A stretch of 64,000 nt of DNA from Octopus sinensis (lineage: Eukaryota), in assembly GCF_006345805.1 (NCBI RefSeq), contig NC_042999.1:67890001-67954000 (forward strand). Reading direction: 5' to 3'. Shown in pieces: positions 52,460-63,435 of this stretch (positions within the stretch are counted from its first letter, which is position 1; each line of letters opens with the position of its first letter). The notes below the pieces were generated by a model. The model saw only the letters and a program-made list of their open reading frames with translations. It ran no database searches and was not told where the DNA came from. A program made the position numbers and the translations under genes.

Positions 52460-52933
52460 GCACACGACGAATAATTTCAGAGTAGGGGGTTAGTCGATTA
52501 CATGCCCCACAAACCCTTCAGTGATCAACTGGTACTTATTTTATCGATCACGAAAAGATGAAAAGTAAAGTGATCCTCGGTGGAATTCGAACTCAGGACA
52601 TAAAAACGGGACGAAACGCCTCTAAACATTCTGCTCGACATGCTAACGATTCTGCCAGCTCGCCGCCTTACAAGTGGAAGGCCGCTCTCTCAATCTCCGG
52701 TTCAGCGCTCTGTACCGTTATGCTAAGCGATCCATGACATTTCTATCTAGATACTGGTTTCAAACTTTGGCACAAGGTCAGCAATTTGGAAGAAGGGAAC
52801 TAGTCTGTTACATCGACCCCAACTTAATTTACTGACCCCGAAGGGATGAAAAGCTAAGTCGACTTCGGCGCCATTTGAACTCAGAACATAAAGACGGACG
52901 AAATACTGCTTAGCATTCTATCCGGCATGCCAC
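52460..52933 (-). mobile_element. Two diverged family B SINEs
   Basis: Family B core and head on the minus strand. Confidence 0.78.
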
Positions 52934-52934
52934 C

Positions 52935-53003
<69 letters not shown>

Positions 53004-53004
<1 letters not shown>

Positions 53005-53433
53005 TTCTGCTCAATACCACAGATCTACTTGTCAGTTGTTTGACCTTAACCAGTTGAGCATGTCTCTTAGAGGTTGACGATATGTGCATCTCTGATCACC
53101 AGCAGATGTGGTGGGGGAGCATCATGGCCGTGTGTTGAAAGGAATTCTTTGGGGTTTGGATAACTCCCGTCTGGAAACATGGGTGTTTCGTTCAATATCC
53201 TTAAACAACCCTTATTCAGGGGCCTTTTGAGCGGGATGGGCTACTTGACCTGAAGCCCCCACCTGTAATGTCATGCGCTGTTAACCTTGATATGAGATCA
53301 CCATGTCATGCACATATGGTTGTGATGCATGTGCCTGGTGTACCCTTATCAGACGGGTAGTGATGATGTGTATACTGGGCTTCGTATATTTTACCCGAGT
53401 GTCACTTTGATGGCATGCACTGCTATCTCACTC
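53004..53433. mobile_element. Unclassified 430-bp insert inside an (AAT)n tract
   Basis: Complex sequence bounded on both sides by in-phase AAT repeats. Confidence 0.5.
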
Positions 53434-53491
<58 letters not shown>

Positions 53492-53494
53492 TAT

Positions 53495-53939
53495 TCTTTT
53501 ATTTGTTTCAGTCATTTGACTGCGACCATGCTGGAGCACCGCCTTTAGTCGAGCAAATAGACCCCAGGACTTATTCTTGTAGGCCTAGTACTTATTCCTT
53601 CTTCTATCGGTTTCTCTTGCAGAACCGCTAAGTGATGGGGACATGAACACACCAGCATCGGTTGTCAAGCGATGTTGGGGGGATAAAAACAGACACACAA
53701 ACACACACACACACACACACATACACACACACACACACACCACACATACATGCATACATATATATGTATGTATATACGACGGCCTCCTTTCAGTTTCCAT
53801 CTAACAAATTCACTCACAAGGCTTTGGTCGGCTGAGGCTATAGTAGAAGACACTTGCCCAAGGTGCCACGCAGTGGGACTGAACCCGGAACCATGTGGTT
53901 GGTAAGCAAGCTACTTATTACACATCCACTCCTGCGCCT
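53495..53939 (-). mobile_element. SINE family A, full length
   Basis: Complete reverse-complement copy. Confidence 0.92.
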
Positions 53940-54022
53940 AAATATATATATATTAGTGTGAGAAAAATTGACTTGGAGTCCAACAGAGAAAACAATATCC
54001 AGATATTAAGAAATAAGTAAAT

Positions 54023-54425
54023 AGGCGCAGGAGTGGCTGTGTGGTAAGTAGCTTGCTTACCAACCACATGGTTCCGGGTTCAGTGTCGCTGCGTGGTACC
54101 TTAGGCAAGTGTATTCTACTATAGCCTCGGTCCGACCAAAGCCTTGTGAGTGGATTTGGTAAACGGAAACTGAAAGAATCCCGTCGTATATATGTATATA
54201 TATATGTATGTGTGTATATGTTTGTGTGTCTGTGTTTGTCCCAACCCCAACATCGCTTGACAACCGATGCTGGTGTGTTTAAGTCACCGTAACTTTGCGG
54301 TTCGGCAAAAGAGACCGATAAAATAAGTACTAGGCTTACAAAGAATAAGTCCTGCGGTCGATTTGCTTGACTAAAGGCGGTGCTCCAGCATAGCCACAGT
54401 CAAATGACTGAAACAAGTAAAAGAG
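54023..54425 (+). mobile_element. SINE family A, full-length reference copy
   Basis: tRNA-like head (TGGCTGTGTGGTAAG A box, GGGTTCAGT B box), central TA/TG tract, tail GGCGGTGCTCCAGCAT..CAGTCAAATGACTGAAAC. Confidence 0.93.
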
Positions 54426-55784
54426 AGCACAGTGAGTAATATTTACGATATTTATGATTTTGAGAAAACAATTTTTTTACAAATGCTTACTACCTTACAA
54501 GAGCTATATCAGTTAAGCAAATGACCTTATATAAAGATAAAGATACAAAAAACGTTATGACCTTATATAAAGATAAAGATATCAAAAACGTTATAAATTA
54601 TTCAAAACACTATTTCAGAAAATTATTTCCGTTCTCTTTGAGTATATAAAAGGCAAATTTAGTTAGGGAAAACTGAATAAGACACGACAAGGTAAATTTG
54701 TCTCTTCACTTCTTCAGAAGTACATTTGGAAAAAAAGACTTACACCCAACGGTGTCCATTCCTGAACATCATAATTCCAGAAATGCAACAAAAATTAAAG
54801 AGGATCATGGAAAAATGGCACGTAATATGAAATAAACGAACCTCGACTAAATCTTAAAAGTCAACATAAAATATTCTCTATAGCTTCTTCCCAATTTTTT
54901 GGAATGGCTCCCTCTCTGATATATTTACGTCCCGTGCAGTTAAAGAGAAGAAAATATTGAAATAAGTCATTACTCATTCTGTCCCAGTTTAGACATCATT
55001 TTTTTTTTTTTTTTGAAAATTGAAAATTATCAAATTAGACATTAGTGTGGGAAAAATTGACTTGGAATCCACCAGAGAAAACTATATTGATCGTTAGACA
55101 TAAAACATTATCCAGATATTTTATTAGTAACCTTAATTACAATCCGGTCCAAGTTGGGGAAAAATTTCTTGAAAAAAAAAAATGTACCTGTCACCTATGT
55201 TTTACTTTCAACTTGAACAACGATAATTATGCCGACCAATTTTTGTTCCCAAAGATGACGCAACAGCATAAATTGATGTTTTAATACTTGTAATGTGATA
55301 GTTTCAGACAGGTAGAAAGAAAATAACAGGAAAAAAAAAATCAGGAAATTACTCATTTTGCCTCAAGTACCCATTTTACCTCACCCCGCTCCCAATATAA
55401 ATTTAGCAGAAACACAAGAGAATCCCATGAATCGAAAGTTCATAGTGATTCCTCGTGGAATTACATGACGAGAATTGTATCACTGCTTTTTTCTACCATT
55501 TACTAATATACATACTTTTCCTCGGCATTAAATTCAGCCAAGAACCACTTACGTGTGCGATTTACTAATAATCATCTTACAAATTAGCCAAGAACTGCTG
55601 CTTCGTGATTCCCATCAAACATCGCAAAGCTTTCCAAAGAAAAATGGAACCAATTTTCTCTTTAAGAAGTAAGCTAACAAGTTCTTTTTGACATCTTTGG
55701 TGTGTCAGCACTTAAGGAATTATAACAATCTAGTTAATTAATACATTATAAACATTTTAATTATGTTAGCTAGTAATGTGGAGA

Positions 55785-55990
55785 GCAGGCAGAATTGCCG
55801 GACTAAATACTTAGCAGCATTTTTCCGGCTTTTTTTACGTTATGATTTCAAATGCCGCTACGGCTGACTTTGTCTTTCATCTCTTTTGGACCAACAAAAT
55901 AAAGTGTCAGTCGAGCACTGGGGTGGATGTAATGAATTTGCACCCCACCCCCACCCTTCAATCATTGTTGGTCTTGTGCTAAATTTAGAA
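55785..55990 (+). mobile_element. Highly diverged family B SINE
   Basis: Residual GACTTTGTCTTTCATC and GCACTGGGG motifs. Confidence 0.6.
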
Positions 55991-56347
55991 AGAATTATGT
56001 CGCTTAGCGTAAAGAGCAAGTTTGTAAAATTAAAGATTCGTTAAATTCTTCGGTACAGATGTACTTCCACGCATTCTTATGCATTTGCAGTATTCTCCCT
56101 GGAGCTAAAAAGTTTCTTCAACTCTTGATTTAGAGACGTCTTTGTTGTCTTGGACAACTGCCAGAGTTTCATTGCTGCTTTTAAAGCTAAGTCTTCAATG
56201 AAAGCAGCATTATGTCTGACTAAGTGTTGCCTTGAAGTTGCCATTAAAAAAACAAACATTGTTTTCAAGTTCCATTGTGATTAAAAGAAGAAAATAAAAA
56301 ACCTGAAGGACACCTAGCACAATAGAAATGAATAGAGAGAGAGATGG

Positions 56348-56392
<45 letters not shown>

Positions 56393-56531
56393 AAGAAGAA
56401 GAAGAAGGAGAAGAAGAAGAAGAAGGAGATAGTGCGGAAGAGAGAGAGAGAGAAAGAGAGGGAAAGAGTACGTATTTTTCTAGTCTCAACAGACATGCAA
56501 ACACGTATTTTTATCCGTTACTAAAAAACCG

Positions 56532-56562
<31 letters not shown>

Positions 56563-57145
56563 CAACTCACAACAACAACAACAACAACAGCAGCAGCAGC
56601 AGCAGCAGCAGCAACGACAACGATAATGTATTGAAGTCACTAAATGTGGAAAATGATCATGTCCAGTTACCGACAAGTGGCAATGTAATTTGACACCATT
56701 TGTTAGAATTTCATGGGTTGATCAATTAATGGATTTATCGATTAATTAAATGACTTATTAATCAATAGAGGATTAATCAGTAGATTCTCAGATAGACAAG
56801 CCAATAGACAGAGTAGCATTGCAGTTACAGATGGCCATGGTCAATAATTTGTCACTGAATTGAAAAAGCGTTAGATCAATTGGTACAGAATCACTGAGGT
56901 TAAAGATCTTTAGGATGTCACAAGAGTCACGGACAGAGAGGCCAGTAGATACGATGTCACAAATCCTAAGTTTAATAGATACGGTATCATTGCAGTCAAA
57001 GCTGGTCAGATCAATAGATACAAAATCAATGGAGTTAAATAAGGCTACAATCAGCATGCCACAAGGGCCACAGGTCGACAGGTCAATATATAGCGTCTCA
57101 GCTGGTATTTAAGAAGTACAGGCTTTGAGTTTCTGACATTTTTAA

Positions 57146-57590
57146 GGCGGTGAGCTGGCAGAGTCGTTGGCGCGCCAGGCAAAATGCTTGGCGATATTTC
57201 GTCCGTCTTTATATTCCGAGTTCAAACTCCTCCGGTTTCCCTTTGTCTTTCATCCTTTAGGGGGTCAATAAAATAAATACCAGTTGAGCACTGGAGTCGA
57301 TGTCGTTGATTTAGCTCCACCCACGAAACTTCTGGTCTTGTGCCTAAAACTGAAATTAATGTACTAAATCTCCAAGGCGGCTAGCTGGCAGAATCGTTAG
57401 CACGCCGGGCAAAATGCTTTACGGCATTCAGCTGTCTTTACGTTCTGTGTTCAAATTCCGCTGAGGTCGACATTGCCTTTCATGCTTTTGGGGTCGATAA
57501 ATTAAGTACCAGCTAAACACTGAGGTTGATGTAATCGGCTTACCTCTTGCTCCTATCTGGCTGGCTTTGTGCCAAACTTTGAAACCAATA
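57146..57590 (+). mobile_element. Two older family B SINEs in tandem, each with its own head
   Basis: AAGGCGG..AGCTGGCAGA heads at about 57145 and 57375. Confidence 0.82.
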
Positions 57591-57609
57591 TATAGGGTCT
57601 CTCTAGTGT

Positions 57610-58015
57610 CAGTGAAAGCGCATGGCCTAGTGGTTAGGGTGTTGTACTCACAATCGCAAGATCAGGGTTTCAATTCCCGGACCCGACGATGCATTGTTTT
57701 CTTGAGCAGAAAACTTCGTTTAATCTTGCTCAAGCTCACTCGACTATATATGAGTAACCTTGCAACGGGCAAGGTGGTTCATGGAAGACCAGCAGTCACT
57801 CTTGTATACCAGCCTCCCCTCTTCACGCCAAGAGAAAGGAAAAGACCGACACAGCTTGGCACCAGTGACGTCGCAACTCATTACTACAACTGAGTGAGCT
57901 AGAACAATATGAAACAAAGTGTCTTGCTGAAGAACACAACACAGAGCCCGATCCCGGAATTGAACTCACTACCTCATGATTGTGAGCCCGACGTTCTAAC
58001 CACTGAGCAATGTGG
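57610..58015. mobile_element. Two tRNA SINE fragments in opposite orientation
   Basis: Plus-strand head GCATGGCCTAGTGGTTAGGGTG at about 57620; minus-strand head near 58010. Confidence 0.65.
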
Positions 58016-58186
58016 TCCTATTACTAATGACTTCAAATTTTGGCACAAGGCCAACACCTTTGAGAGGAGTGGGTTCGTCGATACCATCAATTGCAGGATT
58101 TATTTTATTCATACTTTGAAGATGCTGCTCTCACTTTTGAGCATGCATGGAATGTACTCATTTCTTCCTTTACTGTTCAGCAGGTG

Positions 58187-58400
58187 TCTTCTTCTTCTTC
58201 TTCTTCTTCTTCTTCTTCTTCTTCTTCTTCTTTTCTTCTTCTTCTCTTCTTCTTCTTTCTTCTTCTTCTTTTCTTCTCTTCTTCTTCTTCTTCTTCTTTT
58301 CTTCTTCTTCTTCTTCTTCTTCCTTCTTTTTTCTTCTTCTTCTTCTTCTTCTTCTTCTTCTTCTTCTTCTTCTTCTTCTTCTTCTTCTCCTCGTTCTTCC
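58187..58400. repeat. (CTT)n polypyrimidine tract
   Basis: Direct repeats. Confidence 0.97.
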
Positions 58401-58419
58401 AATCAGGACTCACGCCATT

Positions 58420-58880
58420 AGCCACAAAGAATAATCTGTCATTCAAGCCTAATCTAAGCTACTAAGAATGCGTGTGCCCACTTGGAAGATCCACCCACCA
58501 CTCGCGATAGACTGGCGGTTGCACGAGCGCGAAAGCTACGTTGTTATCCTCATTCCGTAAACGGTGGCTTTTAACGGGTGGAGAGCTGAACCATCCTTGG
58601 GCACAGAGGATTCGCAATCTAGACTAGTGTCTGAAAGTTTACCACACCATCATGGGTTACACCATGGTTCCTCTGCTTTGTGGCAGAAGTAGGAAGAAAG
58701 AGTGAGAGAAAGTTGTGATGAAAGAGCACAGCGAGGTTCACCACCACCCCCGCCGGAGCCTCGTAGAGCTTAGGTGTTTTTGCTCCATAAACACTCACAA
58801 TGCACGGTCTGGGAATCGAAACCGCTTTCTTACGACCCGCGTGTCCGCTGCCCTAACCACTGGGTCATTCCGCCTCCACT
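58420..58880 (-). mobile_element. SINE family C head and body (58690-58880) with a probable fourth tail type
   Basis: Head matches family C; the adjacent sequence differs from tails 1-3. Confidence 0.7.
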
Positions 58881-58889
58881 CAGCGGGTG

Positions 58890-59175
58890 ATGTCTGAGTG
58901 ATGCAATGCGATATTCAAAAACTGTTTGGAGTGACTTTATGCTTCTACGGCCATCATTTTGTCTCACGTAAATCCAATCGGTGTCGCTGTTAATGTAGAA
59001 GTTACCAGTGGTGGCCAATACCTTTCTGGTTTTGATGTTCAAGCTGCGTACCTCTTCGAATGTCCAGTCCAATATCCCCAATGTTGCTACTAACACCGGT
59101 ACTGCAAAAGCATTGTGAGATATGGTCTTGTTAAATGCAGACAGCTTTGAGTTCCGAATCTTCCAGATTCTATAG
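58890..59175 (-). pseudogene. R4/Dong-like RT thumb fragment
   Basis: NAFAVPVLVATLGILDWT..KTRKVL..SDTDWIYV...GRRSIKS. Confidence 0.75.
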
Positions 59176-59429
59176 CATAGTTTTTCTGGCTTTAGTCACC
59201 ATAGTCACAGCACCAATGAATGCAACAATCTCATATGTATGTGTGTGCGCGTGTGTGTGTGTGTGTGTGTGTGAACACCTGCCATAGTGAAATTCTGAAC
59301 AAATTCCAAACAAAATCGCTGTTATGTTTGAGTCCTTATAAAAACAGTAAACGAACAGGTTGATATCGTCCTGTCTCCTTCAATATTTGTCAACAATTTG
59401 TCATATCTGCTGCTTATTGTAAAGTTTGT

Positions 59430-60725
59430 AAAGTAGTAGTAACAGTAGTGGTGGTAGGAAGGACAGGTATGGTAGTAGTGTGAGGACGTGTGACAAAGTG
59501 AGGGAAACATATTGTTTGTAGGTAAAGGCGCATAGAGAAGCTAGGGAGTGGGTAGTGGATTTGTAGTAGTGTGAGGAACTCTTGTGAAGAAGTGGGAGGT
59601 TATCGTCTGCAGGACTTTTGTATGATAGTGGTGAGTGTGAAAGGTGGAAAGTGGAGGGAGATAGTTTGGGTGATAGTGTGAGGAACTGCCACATGAGAGG
59701 GAGATTTTCGTTCTACGATGAAGATGGAGGAGTGGGAGAAATGTGACTGTGAAAGAGAAAGTGAGATAGGGAGAGATGGGGGAAAGAGAAAGTGAAATAG
59801 GGAGAGATGATGAAAGAGAAAGTGTGTGAGGGGGGAAATGGTAAAAGAAAAAGTGAAAAGGTAAGAGAAAGTGAAAGGAAACGATGAGAGAGTGAGGGAT
59901 GGGGGTGTAGAAGAAAAAAGGAGTGTTGGGGGATAGTGAGAGAGAAAGTGAATGATAGGCGTGATGACATAAGGAAGTGAGTGAGGAGGATGGTGAAAGA
60001 GAAAGTAAATGAGGTGGGTTGGTGGATGTAGGGGTGTAAGTAAAAGCCAATGATGCTGGAATGGAAAGGGTGCAGGCTGGTAAAAATTTAAGGGGAGAGG
60101 GAGTTCGAATGACAGTGTGAGGAATAGCATGAGTGGTAGGAGTTATTTTGGAGAAAGGAAGTATAAGAAAGGAAGGGACGAGAAGGGGAAATGGAATGGA
60201 GAGGGGAGAATTTTATGTTAACTGAACAGACTGAGGAAACGAGGGGGGGGGCAGACAGATAAATAGATAGATAGCGAGAAAGAGAGATAGATAGAGAGAG
60301 AGAGAGAGGGGGGACTGTGGAATGAGAGAGGAAGTGGTAAAAAGGGAAACATAGCATGAGCTCAGAGATAGATAGAGGAAGGGAGAGGGATATGATGCGG
60401 AGGGGATTGGAAGGGGAGAGGTATGATTATTGTGTGTGGGATGGGATGATGAGGTGGGGGAACAGGAGAGGGGTGGCTTACAAATTGAAAGAGAGGGTGA
60501 ATAGGAGAGAGGAGGGGGGATAAAATGATTGAAAGAGAGTGAATGAGAGAGAGAGGGGGAGAGAATGATTGAGTGTGTATGAAAGAGAGAGAGAGAGATA
60601 GGGTGGGTGGGTGAGAGAGGGAACTGATTAAGAGAGAGAGGGAGAGGGAGAAGACGGGAGATGGAGAAAGAAAGAAAGAAAGGAAGAAATAAAGAAAGAA
60701 AGGGAGGAGAATAAGGAGGAGAAGG
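59430..60725. repeat. Purine-rich (GA/GT) low-complexity domain
   Basis: Strong strand asymmetry with very few C on the plus strand. Confidence 0.88.
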
Positions 60726-60889
60726 CGTAGTTACGAAACAATCTGTTGATGAAATCATGTACAATACCCTGTGTTAATATGTCAGAAGAGTTGACATACT
60801 AATGACAGATATGATGGGGATGGTGGTGGTAGTGACAATAGGGGGTTGTTGTTGTTGCTGTTGTTTTGTTTTGTTGTTGTTGTTGTTGT

Positions 60890-61180
60890 TGTTTAACTCT
60901 AAATCAGTTCTGACGAGGCCTATGATAAAAAGAATGATTCCATCCATGACCATCCTGTACGTTTTCTGTGCTGCGAACTCAAGGACTACATTACTAAACG
61001 TGACGTATTTTTTAGGATAGCAGAGAAGGCTTTTAAGAAAATTTGGCTACTATTTCTCGTTGGTTGAGCAGCCACGTAGATCCTCGATCGCGTGGTGGTC
61101 ATGGTGGTAAAACACCTGACTAGTGTTGTGGTGGTCACCAGACCTAAAAATAGCAGCTAAAATTCCCTCAAACCACACTA
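60890..61180. repeat. Family X ancient repeat copies (a further copy lies at 63905-63980, minus)
   Basis: TTGTTTAACTCTAAATCAG..ATTCCATCCATGACCATCC..TTTGGCTACTATTTCT. Confidence 0.7.
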
Positions 61181-61427
61181 GATTACTTTTATCTTTCGTT
61201 GCCTCCGCCTTTGCTTAAGGCGAAGGTATTGTTTTCAGTCGTGTTTCTTTGTTTGTTTGTCCGTGAATAAGATATCTCAAAAACCGCTGGATGGTTTCGG
61301 ATGAAACTTTCAGAGATGTATGGTCTCGTGACTGGCACGAACTGATTAGATTTTGGGATCGATCCGATACCGGACAAGGATTCTGGATTATATTTTTCCT
61401 GCTTTTTTTTTTTTTTACTATTTTCCT

Positions 61428-61831
61428 ATTTTACTCTTTTACCTGTGTCAGTCATTTGACTGTGGCCATGCTGGAACACCACCTTTAGTCGAGCAAATTG
61501 ACCCCAGGACTTATTTTTTTGTAAGCTCTAGTACTTATTCTATCGGTCTCTTTTGCCGAACCGCTAAGTTAGGGGACGTAAACACACCAGCATCGGTTGT
61601 CAAGCGATGTTGGGGGGACAAATACAGACAAACACACACACACACACACACACAACATACATATATACTACAGGCTTCTTTCAGTTTCCGTCTACCAAAT
61701 CTACTCACAAGCCATTGGTCGGCCCGGGGATATAGCAGAAGACACTTGCCCAAGATGCCACGCAGTGGGACTGAACCCGGAACCATGTGGTTGGTTAGCA
61801 AGCTACTTACCACACAGCCACTCCTATGCCT
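61428..61831 (-). mobile_element. SINE family A, full length, nested in the HINE-like element
   Basis: Complete reverse-complement copy. Confidence 0.9.
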
Positions 61832-61943
61832 GAGAGCGGTCGGGTTCATTTTTAGTATTCTCGTTTGTGAGAGCAGTCGAGTTTATTTCAGATGTTCTCA
61901 TTTCAATCGTTGAGAGGACATTGGGGGTTGCTTTGGCGGAGGT

Positions 61944-62196
61944 ATCATCTCTTGTGAAGGGTTGAAGAGTCCAGTTTGCTGTACATTGTTGTAGAGCTGA
62001 AAACGAGGTAATTTCTACTCTTCTCCTCTGGAAGCCATCTGCTCGCGATACCAGAAAGTGCACACTCTCCTACACTGATGTAATTTCCAGGGATACAAGC
62101 ATCCAGCATCAGGACCTCCGTAATGCTATGATGGACCGTGAAGTCTGGCGTAACATAGTAAATTTCCTTATCTCGACCACGGTCGAACAATGATGA
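61944..62196 (+). pseudogene. 5'-truncated RTE-like LINE 3' end with 11-bp TSD
   Basis: RVQFAVHCCRA..LLLWKP..AMMDREVWR; TSD TTGGCGGAGGT at 61933-61943 and 62197-62207. Confidence 0.85.
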
Positions 62197-62600
62197 TTGG
62201 CGGAGGTTTGCGCTCTCTGAGTGCTCTTGTTTGTTTACTGTTTTGATTGCTTCAGACTGCGGTAACGCTGGGGAATCGCTTTGAAGGGTTTAGTCGAAAG
62301 CATTGCCTCCAGTACCTATTCTAATTTTAAGCCTGGTACTTATTCTATCATCTCTTTTTGCCGAACTGCTTAGTGGGGTGTAAGCAAACCAACACCGGTT
62401 GACAAGTATTGGTGCGGGACAAGCACAAACACAAAGACGCGCACACTTAGATACATCCATACATGCATGCATATACATATATGTATATATATGTGTGTAT
62501 GTGTGTGTGCGTGTGTATGTGTATTATGTATGTATGTATATATGCATGTATGTATATGTGTATATATATAATGTGTGTGTGTATGTGTGTGTATATATAT

Positions 62601-62797
62601 AGGGAGAGTTTACGAAAAAAACAAAAGACGAAGACAGGTGGTGTACAAAACAAACAGATGTATTAGTATAACGCTCAGGAATTGAAAAAGTCTTTTACGT
62701 TTGAGCCTACGCTCTTCTACAGAAGGGACACAGAAAAAACAAGAGTGAAAAAAAGAGAGAAAAAAGGGTGTAGTGGATACGATCTATCATGGCGACT
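62601..62797 (-). mobile_element. (TA)n-flanked element with a non-canonical hammerhead-like motif (62691-62727)
   Basis: Minus strand CUU-CUGUAGAA-GAGC GUAG GCUC-AAA-CGU-A-AAAGA. Confidence 0.45.
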
Positions 62798-62815
62798 ATA
62801 TATATATATACAGCA

Positions 62816-62858
<43 letters not shown>

Positions 62859-62877
62859 GATATATCTATTAGTAATA

Positions 62878-63435
62878 TATTTGTTGCAATTAAGGACAAC
62901 TACTTAATAAGGAAAACTTTAACAAGAATTGTCAGGTAGATAGCTAAAACAACTCATAAGAAAAAATTTCGAAACTAATTATTTCTATTGAACATATTAC
63001 TTTATATATAGAGACATAATTATACATACATGCCAGGAGGCATTATATATACATGCGAACGCTAAGAGGGACACATAGGCATTTCTACCAAAAATATTAC
63101 TAGACCGATGCAATTTTTCAAAGTAGACATTTAAAAATATAGCCTGTATCACAGTGATTTCATACATTACGTAATCATCAGCAGGCCTGAATGATTATAA
63201 ATAAACGTTTATTTATAATACATGTATATAATAACTATTATAATACATTCAGGCCTGCTGATGATTACGTAAGTATGAAATCACTGTGCAGTCCTATATT
63301 TTTATGTCTTACTTTGAAAATTGCCTTCGGTGGGATTATAATATTTTGGTAGAACTGACTGATTGTCCGCCTTAGCGTTCGGCAGTATATATAATGCCTC
63401 CTGGCATGTATGTATATTATGCCCTCATATATAAA
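62878..63435. mobile_element. Fold-back element with imperfect arms of about 200 bp (63001-63435)
   Basis: Inverted blocks such as ATACATACATGCCAGGAGGCATTATATATAC; central palindrome ATTATAAATAAACGTTTATTTATAAT at 63194-63219. Confidence 0.78.
63141..63187 (-). ncRNA. Minimal type I hammerhead ribozyme (damaged mirror copy on + at 63252-63295)
   Basis: Minus strand GGCCUG-CUGAUGA-UUAC GUAAU GUAU-GAAA-UCAC U GUGA-UA-CAGGCU; U.U mismatch at the base of stem II. Confidence 0.68.

Larger units (their letters stand above)
61198..62235 (+). mobile_element. Helentron-associated (HINE/DINE-1-like) element with two nested insertions
   Basis: Subterminal inverted repeat CCTCCGCC and GGCGGAGG, (GTTT)n block near the 5' end, 3' hairpin GCGCTC-TCT-GAGTGC followed by a T-rich end. 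Confidence 0.78.

Noticed and set aside
56780-57110. Overlapping 89-aa and 65-aa ORFs
   Set aside because: Degenerate tandem repeat of CAATAGA-like units with no recognisable protein
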